This document shows positions 27,567 to 42,449 of a stretch of DNA of 64,000 nt, piece by piece. Where the stretch lies: the NCBI GenBank assembly GCA_009914755.4, contig CP068257.2, positions 25,632,001 to 25,696,000 of the forward strand. Reading direction: 5' to 3'. Made by a program: the position numbers and the translations under genes. This DNA comes from the human T2T-CHM13v2.0 reference genome, Homo sapiens. Under the pieces are notes generated by a model, which made no database searches, had not been told where the DNA came from, and saw nothing but the letters and a program-made list of their open reading frames with translations. Numbering within the stretch: position 1 is the first letter of the stretch; each line of letters starts with the position of its first letter.

Positions 27567-29253
27567 ACCCCCATATTCTTTGATGTGTCTCCTCTGTCTC
27601 TTACTCACAGACCTTTATAATTCAGTGCGTATGTCTGTGTGTGTGTGTTTATTGGATTGGGTTTGATTATTTCCTTGATTTATATATGCAGAATTTCACA
27701 ATTCCAACTTTAGTGGAATAATTAAATCAGTTTTTTTGTACCAGTAAGTATTTCTATGACCCTATCTCCTTGGTATTTGACACAGCAACCTCAAAGAGCT
27801 TGCAAATTCAATAAATATTTAATTTACATGGAAGTGAGTAAGGCCCTTGACATATGTTGCATTAAAAACTATATAGTCTAAAGGTCCCTTCCAATTTTGG
27901 GCACCTTTAAGAATGCTCTTTAAGTTCCATAATACCTACCCACCACCTTTGTTGTTGTTGTTTAAAAATATAGCTACCTATAACTTCATAAAATAACAAT
28001 GTATTTAGAGAGAGGAATATCTCAAAATCAAGCTCTGGTAAACGTTGAATTTAACAGTCCATAACAGTGATGCAAGATACTACCTCACAGTCCATTTTTT
28101 AAAACACCAACCTTTGTCTTAGAAACAATTTGGCTTCAAGCACTGGCTTTCATAAATCAAGCAGTGTAGAGAACAAGAAGCTGAACACGCCAAGAGAGTT
28201 TTAGCAGCTCAATACATTCTTCATCCAGAAGTTGTAGGAAACTATCATATTTTTAGTAGATTTTTAAATGAGGAAAGCAAGATTTTTCAAATGAATCATA
28301 CCTAAGTACTTTCCCATGTAACTTTTTAAACTAGGGATTGAAATACAGCCTTATAAAAGTGATCTACATGTAAGCTTGTATCGCTGGTTTGGGGTATGAT
28401 GGAGTCAAGATAAAAAGATAAGGTTTAAGAATAACATACCTTATAAATTGCATTTTGAAAATTTTCTTTTTGTTTTGAATAAAATTATTAATATATTGTC
28501 AACAGCAAAATCAGATCAGATTGAAAACTTTAAGTTTATGGTACATACAAATTGACAGTTGATGAACTGTGAATGCTCAACCTAAAAGTGGTCAAAGGAA
28601 GTTCAGACATATGGTATTATAGGCTGGGGTATAAAACAAAAATGAAGAAGTCACTTAATCTCTACAATAATTGGCTATTGCTACTGAGGTTTCAAGATGG
28701 CAGGGAGTTAGTGGAAGGTGATCATATTATACCATTTTTAGAAGCCAACGTGTTTCATTTATGACTGTCAGAGGCATTTACAAGAAATCACCTAAGCTAC
28801 GTTTCACTCAGGTGGCCTAACTGATTTTGTCTGATCAGGGGATTCTCAAGCTTGGTCTCCATTTTATTTTAACACTACCCACATTTTGGTCAGCCTCTCA
28901 GAAAGCTGAGCATGTGGCCAAATGGTATAGCATTACTCGGAGGTACCACAGTTGATGTAGTCACTGGAGGGATAGTCAGGAAGTCACTGTCACTGAGGCA
29001 TGCATGACCATCACAGACATGGGTGGTAAGGGCATTGAGTTCTCTGAACTACATAATCCTGATAGATGCCATTTGATGTGTGAGTGGCTTCCAAAGGGCA
29101 TTTAACACACTTGAGAAGATAGAACTCTCCAGAGAGATTAATACAATGATTATGAAGAGAGTACTAGTCAAGGACTGAAAAATTCCCTAGAGCAGAGATT
29201 CCCAGGAGCCAAGATTTAACTAGTTAAATACATTCATGAAAGAAGCCTCGCCT

Positions 29254-29662
<409 letters not shown>

Positions 29663-30244
29663 TTATTTTAAGTTTTGGGTAACAATGCCTAACATATTAA
29701 CATAGAAACAGCGTTTTCTCCCAGTAAGAGCATAATCTCCTTTTTGAGCAATTAGGGTATTAAGAACTCTCCTATACTGAAGCTAAATTGTTCACTTCAG
29801 ATTGTATTACTTGAAGATAACTTAAGGCACTATTAGAAACATAAAAAAAAAAGGTTAATAGTTGGAACAAATTATAAGATTAGTTTTTTTAGTCTGGATG
29901 GCAGTTAGTTGCAGTTTCTAGATTTAAACTTAAAGATTCAAATCTAAAAATGATGGAGTGAGAATAGCAGTTGCAATGTGATGGATTTTCCCGGTTTGCA
30001 GTTTGAGTGTTTCTGGTTATGACACGGGGTGTTATAGTGGCCTCTCTGAGAAGCCCACACAGTAGCAGGCATGAAAGTTGCCCATATATGATTTGTTATG
30101 GTAATTTTTTTGAGGTTTATACCAAGTGGTCCAATTTCAGTTTGCAGAAATTGGAAACAGATCCGTTTTAATTTTTAGTGAAAAAAGAAGAATTTGGGAT
30201 CTACTCCAGTTTATGGGTAAACAATAAAACCTCAAAGACAATCA

Positions 30245-30429
30245 ACAGGTTAGAATTATGTGAGGTGAAGAGGTTTGTGTACTAGGAAGTGGGCCCTCAC
30301 CAGATATCAAATCTTCCAGGACTTTATCTTGGACTTCCGGCCTCTAGAACTGTGAGAAAAAAATTTCCAGTGCTTGTAAGCCATTTAGTCTATGATATTT
30401 TGGTACAGCAACCTGAATGGACTAAGACA
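30245..30429. mobile_element. MLT1-like MaLR LTR 3-prime fragment
   Basis: ...gggccctcacc...cttggacttccggcctctagaactgtgagaaaaaaatttccagtgcttgtaagccatttagtctatgatattttggtacagcaacctgaatggactaagaca. Confidence 0.5.
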
Positions 30430-32389
30430 ACTTCTAAATGAAAAAAAGCATATATCTATAAAGCACAATGAGTAGATATGGACACTACTAGGAGTAAAGA
30501 AACATTTATTGAGTGGAGTGGTAGAAAATAATAGTGCTCAGCCATGTCTGATTGTTTTTTCTTCTATGGAAATATAGAAAATCACACCTCCTAACAGGCC
30601 CATAGGATTAGTTATGGCCAAGGAAAAATGAAAGGAAGTGATGTGTCTCACTTCTGGGCTGCAGGAACAGTAATCCCATATACAGTTCTCCTATCTACCA
30701 CTTCCTCCAAGACACAGAATGTGGAGGCCACTGTTGAGGATACAATGTGAAAAGGATGAAGCTGCCTGGTATACTGAGTCACTGCCTGGTGGATCAAGTC
30801 AACCAAACGCATGGTGGACTTTACAGACATGAGAAATACATTGTGCTGTGTTCTGCTGCTGAGATTTTGGGATTGTAGCATATCCTCATCTATCCTCACT
30901 AATATGGGAAATGGTTAAATGATAACACACATCTATCTACCATCTATAAACATGAATAACATTTCTGAGGTATCAATTTGCAAACAGCATAAAACAGAAA
31001 GAAAAACCTCACACTCTGAAATTTGTCATTGAATTTAATAGCAAGTTAAGTAAGCTGTATCGCCATAATGCTACTTACGTAGACACTGTTGGAAATGGAT
31101 TGATTTTGTTGACTGCCTGCCCGTGTGGTAAATCCCTATAAGTTAAAGGCACACACAAAGGTCATATTTGCCTCAGTAACGAATTTTTTAGTAGCAAGCA
31201 GTAGCCACTGTCAGGCTACCATAAAGGATGGTTCCACGAAATGGCTGGAAATGATGCTCATGCTCTCATAACGAGTGGCAGGGAAATAAATCTCTCCCTC
31301 ATTCTGATAGACTTTGCCGTGTTTGGCAAAGCTTTCTAAAGCTGTGATAGAGAGTGGAGTTAGCTTCAGGAATAAGCCAGTCCCGTAAGAATGTTAGAGG
31401 AGGCCTTTCCGTGTCCAGCAATAAATTGTCTATCTGATAGGTCAATTGACTCCTGTTGGAGCCCAGATCATCCTGATTGCTGCACCAAGCACCATCATCA
31501 GTGGACCATGCTATAGGAAATAACAGTTATTTAAGAAGTGGGGAGATTTCACTTGTGTTCTCCAAAATATTGGGATTTTTGATTCTGCAACAGTAAGATA
31601 TACAATTTTTTTCCCCATTCTTCTCTGGATATATTTATTTAATTTGTAAAAAAAAAATCTCTCATGGCAAGTCTTCTATAGTTATCACCAAATAATTCTA
31701 AATTTCTGGGAAGAAGACTGGTTTGAAAATCCATTGATTGCAGACATTTCTAATGGTTGACCCCTCTTTTTCTCAGCCCCAAGAAGCTATAACTGGATGG
31801 GTGAAACATGATGTATATTGCCTTTATTGCATTCTATGAAGAAATGAAAGTCAAGCTGAAGCAATTAATGTTCTTTTAAAAATGGTCTCAAACTCAGTAT
31901 ATAACTGTTATTTAACTGATGATTTGATTAATTAACTGACTTATGGATCATTTTCTATCTTGGTGAGGAAAAAAGTATTCATTGTCTTTTGGTGGCAGCT
32001 CTTCACCACCAAAGGTTAACATCTGGAGTGACACATAGAAGATTTCTTCTTAATAAAAAGAAATCCAAGCTATATAACTTACTTTATTATTTCTGCTTCA
32101 ACACTGCATAAAATACATGTCTTTTGTCTTGCAATGATTACATTCACAACTAGATAAGATAACTTTAAAACAAAGATAGCCAATAATACCCATCATAAAA
32201 CAAGCACAGAAACAAGACAAGATAAATTCATGTAGGGGTAAATTATTTAGCCTTGTGACCAGCATATGTGTCTGATACTGGCATTGGACAGATATTCATA
32301 TGCCATTATGTTTTGTAGTAATGTAACCAAGATCTAAAACAGGAAGTAGGAAAACAACCCATATGGTCTGCATGAAATATGCTTCTTCC

Positions 32390-32693
<304 letters not shown>

Positions 32694-35218
32694 GAAATAT
32701 GTTTTTTCCAAAAGCCTCACTGCTGATGATTATGGAGAATTCTTAAACAGTGACTGACAACCCAACTGGGACTTCTCACTAACCGTTGCTGGAAAGTTTC
32801 ATTTCACCCCCAAAAGTAGACTGCAGTAGCTTAGCACTGGATTATACATAAAAGTGCCCAGGCTACTCTTCAGGTGCAAGTAGTTGTGTGCTGACAAATT
32901 GGATGTCTGCGAAAAAAAATATCCGGATTTGTAGCCAATTTCCATGGTGTAAATACTCTTACAATGGCCAATTTCCAGCTACCAGCTAACTTTCAAAATT
33001 TCAAAATATTTCATAAAACCATAAGAGACAGTTACAAAATACCACTGGCCTGCCCAGGGGTCTTAAGAGAGGTCCCAGGACTCCATCCACAATGTAAGTT
33101 GTCCTTCATTCCATATCAGGAAGCCCTCAGTGTGTAAGCACCATCAAAAACCATTACTGCCTCCCTCTACATCTGTCTTTATTTTTCTGACAACTTAGTG
33201 TTTCTCTCTGGGGATGTTTAACAACTACCCTATTTAGTATCTGAGTCAGTGAATAGCAGAAATTTTAATTCCTATTTACAAGTAGATACATTGCTTGTTA
33301 AATATTTTGTAAACTGTAAAATGGAGAAACACTATTGTTTTTTTTTAATTACTATTTTCTCCTTAATTTCCTCTGTGAGATTACTGATCCCTGTATTGTT
33401 CTCTTCTTTCATAAACATCAAGCAAACATCAGACGTTGCTAAAATCCCAACTGCTACATTTCAATTTTACTCCTTTCTACAGACTGTGTTTGAAGAAAGT
33501 AATTTGAATTATTTATATCCCTAAGTTTACAGCTATTAAATGGGAATTATAATAGCTATTGTTCACATGAGCTGAAAATTACAAAATCGCTGGATTTATT
33601 CATGCTCCATGTCTAAAATGTCTTCGAATCACTGCATTTGTGCTTAATTAAATTCAGTTGTTTTCCAGTTTTTTGCCAAGTACATTAAAGTTGAAGTTAA
33701 AATCTGTTTTTATTTTTATTTGATGCCAAGGGAGCAAGATATCAACATATGTCAAATTTAAAGGGAAATATATCTATTAATACATACACACTATCATGCA
33801 AGATGTTCCAACTGTGCACATTTCTCAAGAGGAGAGGAGAAAAAATCTACAAAAATGACTTTTGCTGCAAGAAGAATATAAACAAGTTAAAATCCTTTCG
33901 TGATAACAAAAGTCTCACAAAAGAGGACTGGACTTTGTCCATGTTTTAGGAATTTGCAGATATAAAGAGTTAGTTATCTTCTACTCCAGCTCTGTAATGT
34001 GTAGTGTGAAAATATTTGCTGTCAGAAAAAAACAAAGTGGGAAGGCATAGATTTCACTGACAGAGAGAGATCAAGAATCCTTTCACCTCATATCTTTATA
34101 TTTCTAACTTTCATCAAATGCTTGCAATATGACAAAAACATTGATTTTTTTACTACTCTCCCCATAACCCCAAACTTTTAAAAAATCCTGCAAGCATCTT
34201 GTTCTTTGGCATGAAATTCACTGTTAAGGCATGTTGTAAGGGCCCTGCTTGCCTAGCTGCATAATACTAAGCAGTTTAGTGCAGCATAGCTGATAGGCTA
34301 CTCCTTTCTATTTTTTTCCACTAAAATGTCAGCAAGTTTTAGGCAAAGAAGCATATGAGGTAATATAACACATACGCCAATAAGGATATTAATTTCTAAA
34401 GAATGCATCCAAACAATTGAGAGTGTTACAGGAACACTTTCTCAGTTAACTCCCCAAAGGGTGTAACAAAAACTAAATCTATCTGTAAAAAGTAGTTTAT
34501 AAAACATGTATTACATTATGTTTGAATAAATGTGGTTTTAGGAGTGTTTTTGGTACACTATACAAATCCAACTCTCCTAATCTCAGTATTTGTCATAAAG
34601 GTCCACTCCTCAAAAAAAAAAACAATTCAAACACTCAAAATTGTATCATTTCGGTAGTTCGAGACTTGGAACTTTTGAAGACTTTATGTCAACAGAAAAA
34701 TAATTCAGCCCGTTCCTTAGCTTTTAGGAACATTACTTTCTCAATGTTGTATTAATTCATACTTCTAAACCCAGGAGATTCAGCGATATTTGTGTGCAGA
34801 AAAGGATGAAAAGTCCTTACTCCATTAGATAAAACAATTTGCATCTTAGCTCCATTGTATAGCACATCTTTATCTCACTTTGAGACTTAGAATGATTGGT
34901 GAAAATTGCAAGTGTTGTCCAGTAAAACAAAAACAACAAAAAACGCAGGGTGGTGATGGTAAGGGTGGGGGGTGTGGAACAATAGGACTGGAATTGTCCA
35001 CTGCTCTCTGCACAGATAAGCTAACAGGAGAAAGCCAATGTCCTGAATTAGAAGGGTCCAGAAGCAAATTATTTTCACTGGAGACATTCCTTGAAGTCCC
35101 AGTCTAATGTGGGGTTTACCATTTTTCTCATAAAATTTACAATTTCCCTTCATACTGTCGAGCACTATTGGTTGTAATATTTGTAGTTCATGAGTATTTG
35201 TTTAATGATTGTTTTCCT

Positions 35219-35350
35219 TTTTTTTAATTATACTTTAAGTTTTAGGGTACATGTGCACAACGTGCAGGTTAGTTACATATGTATACATGTGCCATGTTGG
35301 TGTGCTGCACCCATTAACTCGTCATTTAACATTAGGTATATCTCCTAATG
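35219..35350 (-). mobile_element. L1PA-type 3-prime UTR terminal fragment (about 130 bp, severely 5-prime truncated)
   Basis: ttttttttaattatactttaagttttagggtacatgtgcacaacgtgcaggttagttacatatgtatacatgtgccatgttggtgtgctgcacccattaactcgtcatttaacattaggtatatctcctaatgctatc is the reverse complement of the L1PA 3-prime end including the poly-A. Confidence 0.85.
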
Positions 35351-36899
35351 CTATCCGTCCCCACTCTAAGCTCCGTGAGGCAAGGCTATTATATTCAATG
35401 CCATGAACTGTCCTTGGCTTTTTCTGTACCTCAAATCTACCATGATGCTAACAAGTTTTCCTCTGCTATTTTGTTGTTATTTTCAGTGACGTTCACCAGA
35501 CATGGCCTGACTGCTATCTCTTTTCTTCTATCCATATCCAAGATTCTCGATTGACCTGTGAATTGACTGCTCTTGAGTTAATGCTGAATCCTGGTCCAAG
35601 TGGTTGCTTTTAGAGGGAAGTCAGATCACGAGGGGCAGCATCTCTGCTGAGAGGGCTCCCTTCTATATAAAACTCTCTGACCAGCCAGTGTTCCTTAAAC
35701 AGAGGAGCAAACATGTAAGCTGATATGCACTGTCTCCTCTTTTTATCAATGAGGGCTTTCAGGTACTTTTTCACGCATCTTAAAAATCCAGGACTGTATC
35801 TGGCACTTGAAAAGTTCCAACCAAGTCAGGTAATTTTCTATCTTTTTATACTAATTTTACTAGGTAATTAACTACAACACACATATATATTTAAAAATAT
35901 GTTTATCGTAAATAACAATTACTATGTATTATGGAATATTCGTTTTTCACACTTATTTAATACATCAGTTTATATACATTTCTTCATGGTCTACATAAGA
36001 ACATATTGGTCTGCATTGCTGTTACATTCCAAGAGTAATTCTTAAAATGTTCGTCGTGTGCATCTTTGACTTCATAATAAATACTTTAAATTATTATAAT
36101 GCATGTTTGTGAATTTCTAGTTTTGTAAGGCAGAGTGCTAGAAATGTTTCTTAACAATTTGTAATAACTCACTTTATAATCTCTAATAAAAATAATGAAT
36201 AATTGCAATGCATATCTCTAGAAATAAAATTTCTCTGGACTATATATTTGGAACGAACATTTTAGCTTCTTACATTGTGTATTTTAGAGGTTAAAATATG
36301 GAAACGATCACATATCACACATTTAAATTTAAGTAGCCTATGCAATTAATACTGGAATTAAGTGCTATGTTATAATATTAATTTTTTAGGTACAAGTGAC
36401 CAATATTATGAAATTATTTTTATTTTTAAATTTTATTTAGAATTGGGGTTATATGTGCTTGTATGTTACATATAGTGCTTACTTGTGGTGTTTGAGCTTC
36501 TAAGTGTACCAACAATGAAAATATTGAACATTGTACCTGATAGGTAATTTTTCAACACTCGCCTCTTTTCCACCCTTCCGTCTTTTGGAGTCCCTATTGT
36601 CTATTAGTTCTATCTTTATGTCCATGTGTATGCATTATTTAGCTCCCACTTATAAGTAAAAGCATATGATATTTGGTTTTCCATTTCTAAGTTAGTTTCT
36701 AAGTTAGTTCACTTAGGATATTGGCCTCTATTCCAACTATGTTGCTGCAAAAAACATGATTACATTCTTTTTTATGACTGCAAAGCATTCCATAGTGTAC
36801 ATATATCACATTTTTAAAATTCCAGTCAAACATTAATGGACACTTAGTTTGGTTCCATGACTTTGTTATTGTGAATAGTGCTGCAATGTACAAATTAGT

Positions 36900-39800
36900 A
36901 CAGGTGTCTTTTCAGTATAATGATTTCTTTTCTTCTGGGTAAGAAAATCTCACTACCCAGTAGTGGGATTTTTGGGCCAAATGGTAGTTCTACTTTTAGT
37001 TGTTTGAGAAATGTCGAAACTGTTTTCCCTAGAAGTTGAACTAATTTATATTTCTACCAACAATATATAAAAGTTCCCTTTTCTCTGCATACACATCAAT
37101 GTTCCCTTTTCTCTGCATACACACCAACACCTGTTTTTTGACTTTTTAGTAATAGCCATTCTGACTGGTGTAAGATGATATTGCAATATGGTTTTAATTT
37201 CATTTCTCTGATGATCAGTGATATTGAGCATTTTTTCATGTGTTTGTTGGCCACTTGTATTTCTTCCTTTGAGAGGTGTTGCTCATGTCCTTTACCCAGC
37301 TTTTAATGGGACTGTTTGCTTGTTTTTTTTGAATTGAGTTCCTCATAGATTCTGATTATTAGTCCTCTGTCAGAGGCATAATTTGCAAATATTTTCTCCC
37401 ATTCTGTAGGTTGCCTGTTTACTCTGCTGATTATTTATTCTGCTATATAGAAGCTTTTTAGTTTAATTAAGTCTCATTTGTCTATTTTTGTTTTTGTTGC
37501 ATTTGTTTTTGAGGTCTTCATCATAAATTCTTTGCCTAAGCCAATGTCCAGAAAAGATTTTCTAATTTTTTTCTAGTATTTTTATAGGTTCAGGTATTAA
37601 ATTTATGTCTTTAAACCATTGATATAGTTTGGCTATGTCCTCACTCAAATCTCATCTTGAATTGTATCTCCTATAATCCCCACGTGTCTTGGGAAGGACC
37701 CGGTGGGAGGTAATTGAATCATGAGGGTAGGTCTTTCCTGCGCCATTCTCATGATAGTAAGTCTCACGGGATCTGATGGTTTTATAGAGGGAGTTTCCCT
37801 GCACATGCTCTCTCTTGCCTGCTGCCATGTGAGATGTCTCTTTGCTCTTCCTTCGTCTTCCATCATGACTGTGAGGCCTCCTCAGCCATGTGGAAAAATT
37901 AGTCCGTTAAATCTCTTTTCTTTATAAATTACCCGGTCTCGGGTATTTCTGTATTAGCAGCATGAAAACAGACTAATATGTCCATATTGAATTAATTTTT
38001 GTATGTGATGAGAGATAGGTGGTCCAGTTTCATTCTTCTGCATATGACTAGCCAGCTATTCCAGTACCATTTATTGAACAGGATGCTCTTTCTCTATCAT
38101 TTATTTTTGTCAATTTTGTCAAAGATCAGTGGGTTGTAGATATGTGGCTTTATATTGGGTTATCTATTCTGTTCTATTGATCTGTGTACCTATTTTATAC
38201 CAGTATCATGCTCTTTTAGTTACTGTAGCCTTGAGGTAAAATTTGAAGTCCAGCAGTAAAGTCAGGCAAATCTAGATGCCTTCAGATTTGTTTTTTTTGC
38301 TTAGGATTGTTTTGGCTATTGGGGGTCTTTTTGGTTACATATGAAATTTAGATTTTTTCCCCCAATTTCATGAAGGATGATGTTGGTAATTTGATAGAGA
38401 TTGCATTGAATCTGTGGAATCCTTTGGGTAGTATGACCATTTTAATGACATTGATTCTTCAAATCCATGAGAATGGAATATTTTTTATTGTGTCATCTAT
38501 GATTTATTTCATCATTGTTTTATAGTTCTTCCTTAGAGATTTTTCACCTCCTTGGTTAAATGTATTTCTAGGTTGTTGTTGTTTTGTGGCTGTTGTAAAT
38601 GGAATTGAGTTCTTGATTTGGTTTTCAGCTTGAATGTTATTGGTGTATAGAAATGCAACTGATTTTACGTTGATTTTGTGTCCTGAAACTTGACTGATTT
38701 TATTTAAGTCTAGGAGTCCTTTGGATATATCTTTAGAGTTTTTTGCTTGTATGATTATGTCTTCAGTGAACAGAGATAATTTGACTTGTTCCTGTCCAAT
38801 TTGGATGCTTTTTATTTTTGTCTCTTACCTGATTGCTCTAATAACTGCAGTACTGTGTTGAATAGCAGTGGTGAGAGGAGACATCCTTGTCTTGTTCTGG
38901 TTCTTAAGGGGAATGCTTTCAGCTTTCCCCTATTCTATATAATGTTGGCTGTGGATTTGTCATAGATGGCTCTTACTATTTTGAGGTATGTTTCTTCAAT
39001 GCCTAGTTTGTTGATGATTTTTATCATGAAGGAATGCTGAATTTTATTAAATGCTTTTTCTGTTTCTATTGAGGTGGTCATATGGTTTTTGTTTTTAGTT
39101 TTGTTTATGTGATGAATCACATTGATTGATTTCTGGATGTTGAACCATTCTTGCATTGCTGGAATAAAACTCACTTGATTGTGAAGAATTATCTTTTTGA
39201 TATGCTGTTGCATTCAGTTTGCTAGAATTTTATTGAGGATTTTTGCATTGATATTCATCTAGAATATTGGCCTGTGGTATTTTTGTTGTTGTTCTTTTGC
39301 CCTTGCCTGATTTTGGTTATAAGGGTGATACTGATTTTGTGGAATGAGTTAGGGAGTAATCGCTCCTCCTTAGTCTTTTTTTTTTTTTTTTTTTTTTGAA
39401 TAATTTCAGTAAGATTGGTACCAACTCTTCTTTGAACATCTGGTAAAATGCAGCTGTGAATCTGTCTGGTCCTGGGCTGTTGTTGTTGTTGTTGTTGAAA
39501 GATTTTTTATTTCTTATTCTATTTAATTACACATTATTGGTCAGTTCAGGATTTATGTTTCTTCCTGGTTCAATTGTGGAGGGTCATGTTTCCAGGAATT
39601 TATCTATTTCCTCTAGGCTTTCTATTTTGTGTGCATAGAGGTGTTCATAACAGTCTGGAAATCCTTTGCATTTCTGTGGTATCAGTTGTAATGTCCCCTT
39701 CCTTATTTCTGATTTTACTTATTTGAATCTTCTCTCATTTTTTCTTGGCTATGCTAGCTAACCATATGTCAATTTTTCTTATCTTTTCATAAAAACACCT

Positions 39801-41000
39801 TTTTGTTTTATTAATCCATTGTATCAATTTATTAGTCTCAACCTCATTTAGTTCTGCTCTTTATTATTTCTTCTGATAGTTTTGGGTTTGGATTATTCTT
39901 GTTTTTATAGTTTCTATAGTTTATAATGTGGATCAACATTAGGTTGTTAATTTGGGATCTTTCTATCTTTTTGATGTGGGCATTTAATGCCATAAACTTT
40001 ACTCTTAGTACTTCTTTTGGTGTATCTCAGAAGTTTTGGTATGTTGTTGTCTCTATTTTCATTCACTTCAAGGAATTTTTTTATTTCTGTCTTAACTTCA
40101 TTGTTTGCAGAAAAGTCATTCAGGAGCAACCTTCCTTGTACTTGTGTAGTTTTGAAACTTCCTCTTAGTATTAATTTCTAATTTTATTAAACTGTGGTTG
40201 AGGAAGATACTTAATATGATTTAGATTTTTTGAAAATTTATTGGTACTTGCTTTATGGCCCAAATATATGGTTGATTTTTGAGAATGTTCCTTGTGGAGG
40301 TGGGAAGAATGTATATTCTGTGGTTGTTGGATAGAATGTTATTTAAATGTCTATTAGGTCCATTTGGTCTATAGTACAGTTTAATCCATAGTTTCTTTGT
40401 TGATGTTCTGCCTCAATGTTCTGTCTAGTGATGTCATTGGGATGTTAAAGTCCTCCCTTATTGTATTCCTATCAATACAATAGTGTTTTCTTAGATGTAG
40501 TAGTATTTGCTTCATGAACCTGGGTGCTCTGGGGTTGGGTACATATGTATTTAAGATATTTAAATTTTCTTGTTGTATTGAACCCTTTATCATTATATAA
40601 TACCCTTCTTTGTCTTATTTTTCTGTTGTTGGTTTAAAGCCTGTTTAATCTGAAATAAGAGTGGCTACTCCTGCTCACTTTTGTTTTCTGTTTATATATC
40701 TTTTTTCTTCTAATTTACTTTGAGTCTGCAGCTGCCTTTAGCCAGTAAGTGAGCCTCTTACATGCAGCAGATGGTTGAGTTCTGGAATTTTTGTTTGTTT
40801 TCTTTGTTTTGTCTTCTTTTGTTTTGTTTTTTACAGTTTCCACTCTATGTTTTTAGAGTAGAGCATTCAAGTCATTTATATTCAAGGATAATGTTGATAG
40901 GTGAGATTTTATGTTTATCATAGTGTTGTTAGCTAGTTGCCTTGTGGTTTCATTGTGTAGTTGCTTTATGTTATCTGTGAGCTTTGTATTTCTGTCATCT
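36900..41000 (-). pseudogene. Degenerate L1 ORF2 (endonuclease-reverse transcriptase) coding remnant, interrupted by stops and frameshifts and by the THE1 insertion
   Basis: Only short ORFs survive (60-92 aa), all with clear L1 ORF2 similarity. Confidence 0.8.
37619..37980 (+). mobile_element. THE1-type MaLR solo LTR nested inside the minus-strand L1
   Basis: tgatatagtttggctatgtcctcactcaaatctcatcttgaattgta...gaggcctcctcagccatgtggaaaaattagtccgttaaatc...cggtctcgggtatttctgtattagcagcatgaaaacagactaata. L1 antisense sequence resumes on both sides. Flanking pentamers accat/tccat are a probable 5-bp TSD. Confidence 0.8.
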
Positions 41001-42449
41001 TTTATGATGGTGTGGGTCATTCTTTCATTTCCATGTGTAGACTGCACATTTGTTGGTGGTCTGGTCTAGTGGTGACAAATTCCCTTGGTGTTTCTTTGTC
41101 GGGGAAAGGTTATATTTCTCCTTAATTTATGAAGCTTAGTTTGGCAGAACACAAAATTCCTGGCTGGCTTTTTTGTTTCTTTAAGTGGGCTAAAAATAGG
41201 CTCTTAATGTCTTCTGGATTATAGGGTTTCTGCTGAGATTTCTGCTGTTAGTATAATAGGATTTCAAAATGATTAGACCCCTCTCTTGATGCTCTTAGAG
41301 TGTTTTTTTTCCCCTCTCATTGACTTTGGATAGTCTGATGACTATATACATTGGTGAAGTTCTTGCAATGTATCTCTAGGAATTCTCTGAGCTTCTGGTA
41401 TCTGAATGTCTAAATCTGTCCCAAGACTAGGGAAGTTTTCTTAAATTATTTCCTCAAATAGGTTTTTCATACATTCTTCTTCTTCTTTGTTTTCTTCTTC
41501 CTCTGTCATTATGTAATTATGTATAACTTGTAGGTTTGGATGTTTTACATAATCTCATATATCCTGAAGTCTTTGTTTATTTAAAATTTTTTTAAATTGT
41601 TTCTCACTGTTAATTTGAAAGACCTGTCTTCTAACTCTATAATTCTTCTTCCACTTGGTCTAGCCTATTGTTAAAATTTTCAGCTGTATTTTGTAACTAT
41701 TTCAAAATTTTTTTTACTTCTAGAAATTCTTTTTATTTTTTAACGATGCCTGTCTCCTTTTCCATGTCCTGAATTTTTTCTCTGATTTCTTTATGTTGGT
41801 TTTAGTTTTCTCTTGGATCTCAATTATTTTCTTTAAAATCAGTATTTTGAATTCTTTATCTGTTATTTCAAAGATTTCATTTTGTTTGAGATCCATTGCT
41901 AGAGAGTTACTGCTTCACTTTGGGGGTGTTGTAACACTGTTTTTTCCTATACTTTTGGAGTTTTTTCTCTTGTTCTTTTACATCTGGATAAGCTGTCTCT
42001 CCTTCATATTTTTTGATTTTGCTTTACTTTGGAAAGGACTTTTTCCCTTCTTGAGGAGGTGTCTACAATGTATGATGTTGTATAGGGTCCTTTTACTTTG
42101 TTTCTGGGAGTTTTCAGTGGTAAAGAGTCTGGAAAAACTCCTTAGTTATTGAAGCCTTTCTATGGTGGCTTTCTCAAATGTTTGTTGTAGTAGCAATGTG
42201 TTAGGCATGTGAGTAGGCTCAGGAAGCTTATCACATTTTCCAGAGCTATGCATTTGTGTCAGCAGATTTCCTCTTGTTTTGTGGGGTTCAACCTCCATGC
42301 CAGTGGGTGGTGCTGTAGTGTTAGAACTGGCTGCAGCCAATCGGGATGGGTATACACTAATACTTGATCCTTGTTTACTATGGGAAGCTCTGTGTTACCC
42401 AAGACAATGGGTTGAACTGTGGAATTCACAGGGTTCTGAGCTCCCTACT

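Larger units (their letters stand above)
36412..42150 (-). mobile_element. Older L1 LINE (L1PB/L1MA-like, about 75% amino-acid identity to L1HS ORF2) with ORF1 and ORF2 remnants. The 5-prime boundary is uncertain and could extend to about 43475 if the tandem array is its 5-prime UTR.
   Basis: Minus-strand ORFs match L1 ORF2: the EN domain at 40381-40593 (MIKGSIQQENLNILNTYVPNPRAPRFMKQ...) and the RT domain at 38935-39213 (...[45 protein letters not shown]). The plus strand reads as L1 antisense throughout, with ORF1 antisense at about 41050-42100. Confidence 0.88.

Noticed and set aside
35219-36411. The L1PA 3-prime-end fragment (35219-35350) as the true 3-prime end of the large minus-strand L1
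   Set aside because: About 1 kb of non-L1, AT-rich sequence separates them. The large L1 has its own older-type 3-prime end and T-rich tail near 36412-36700. I therefore read them as two independent insertions of different subfamilies.
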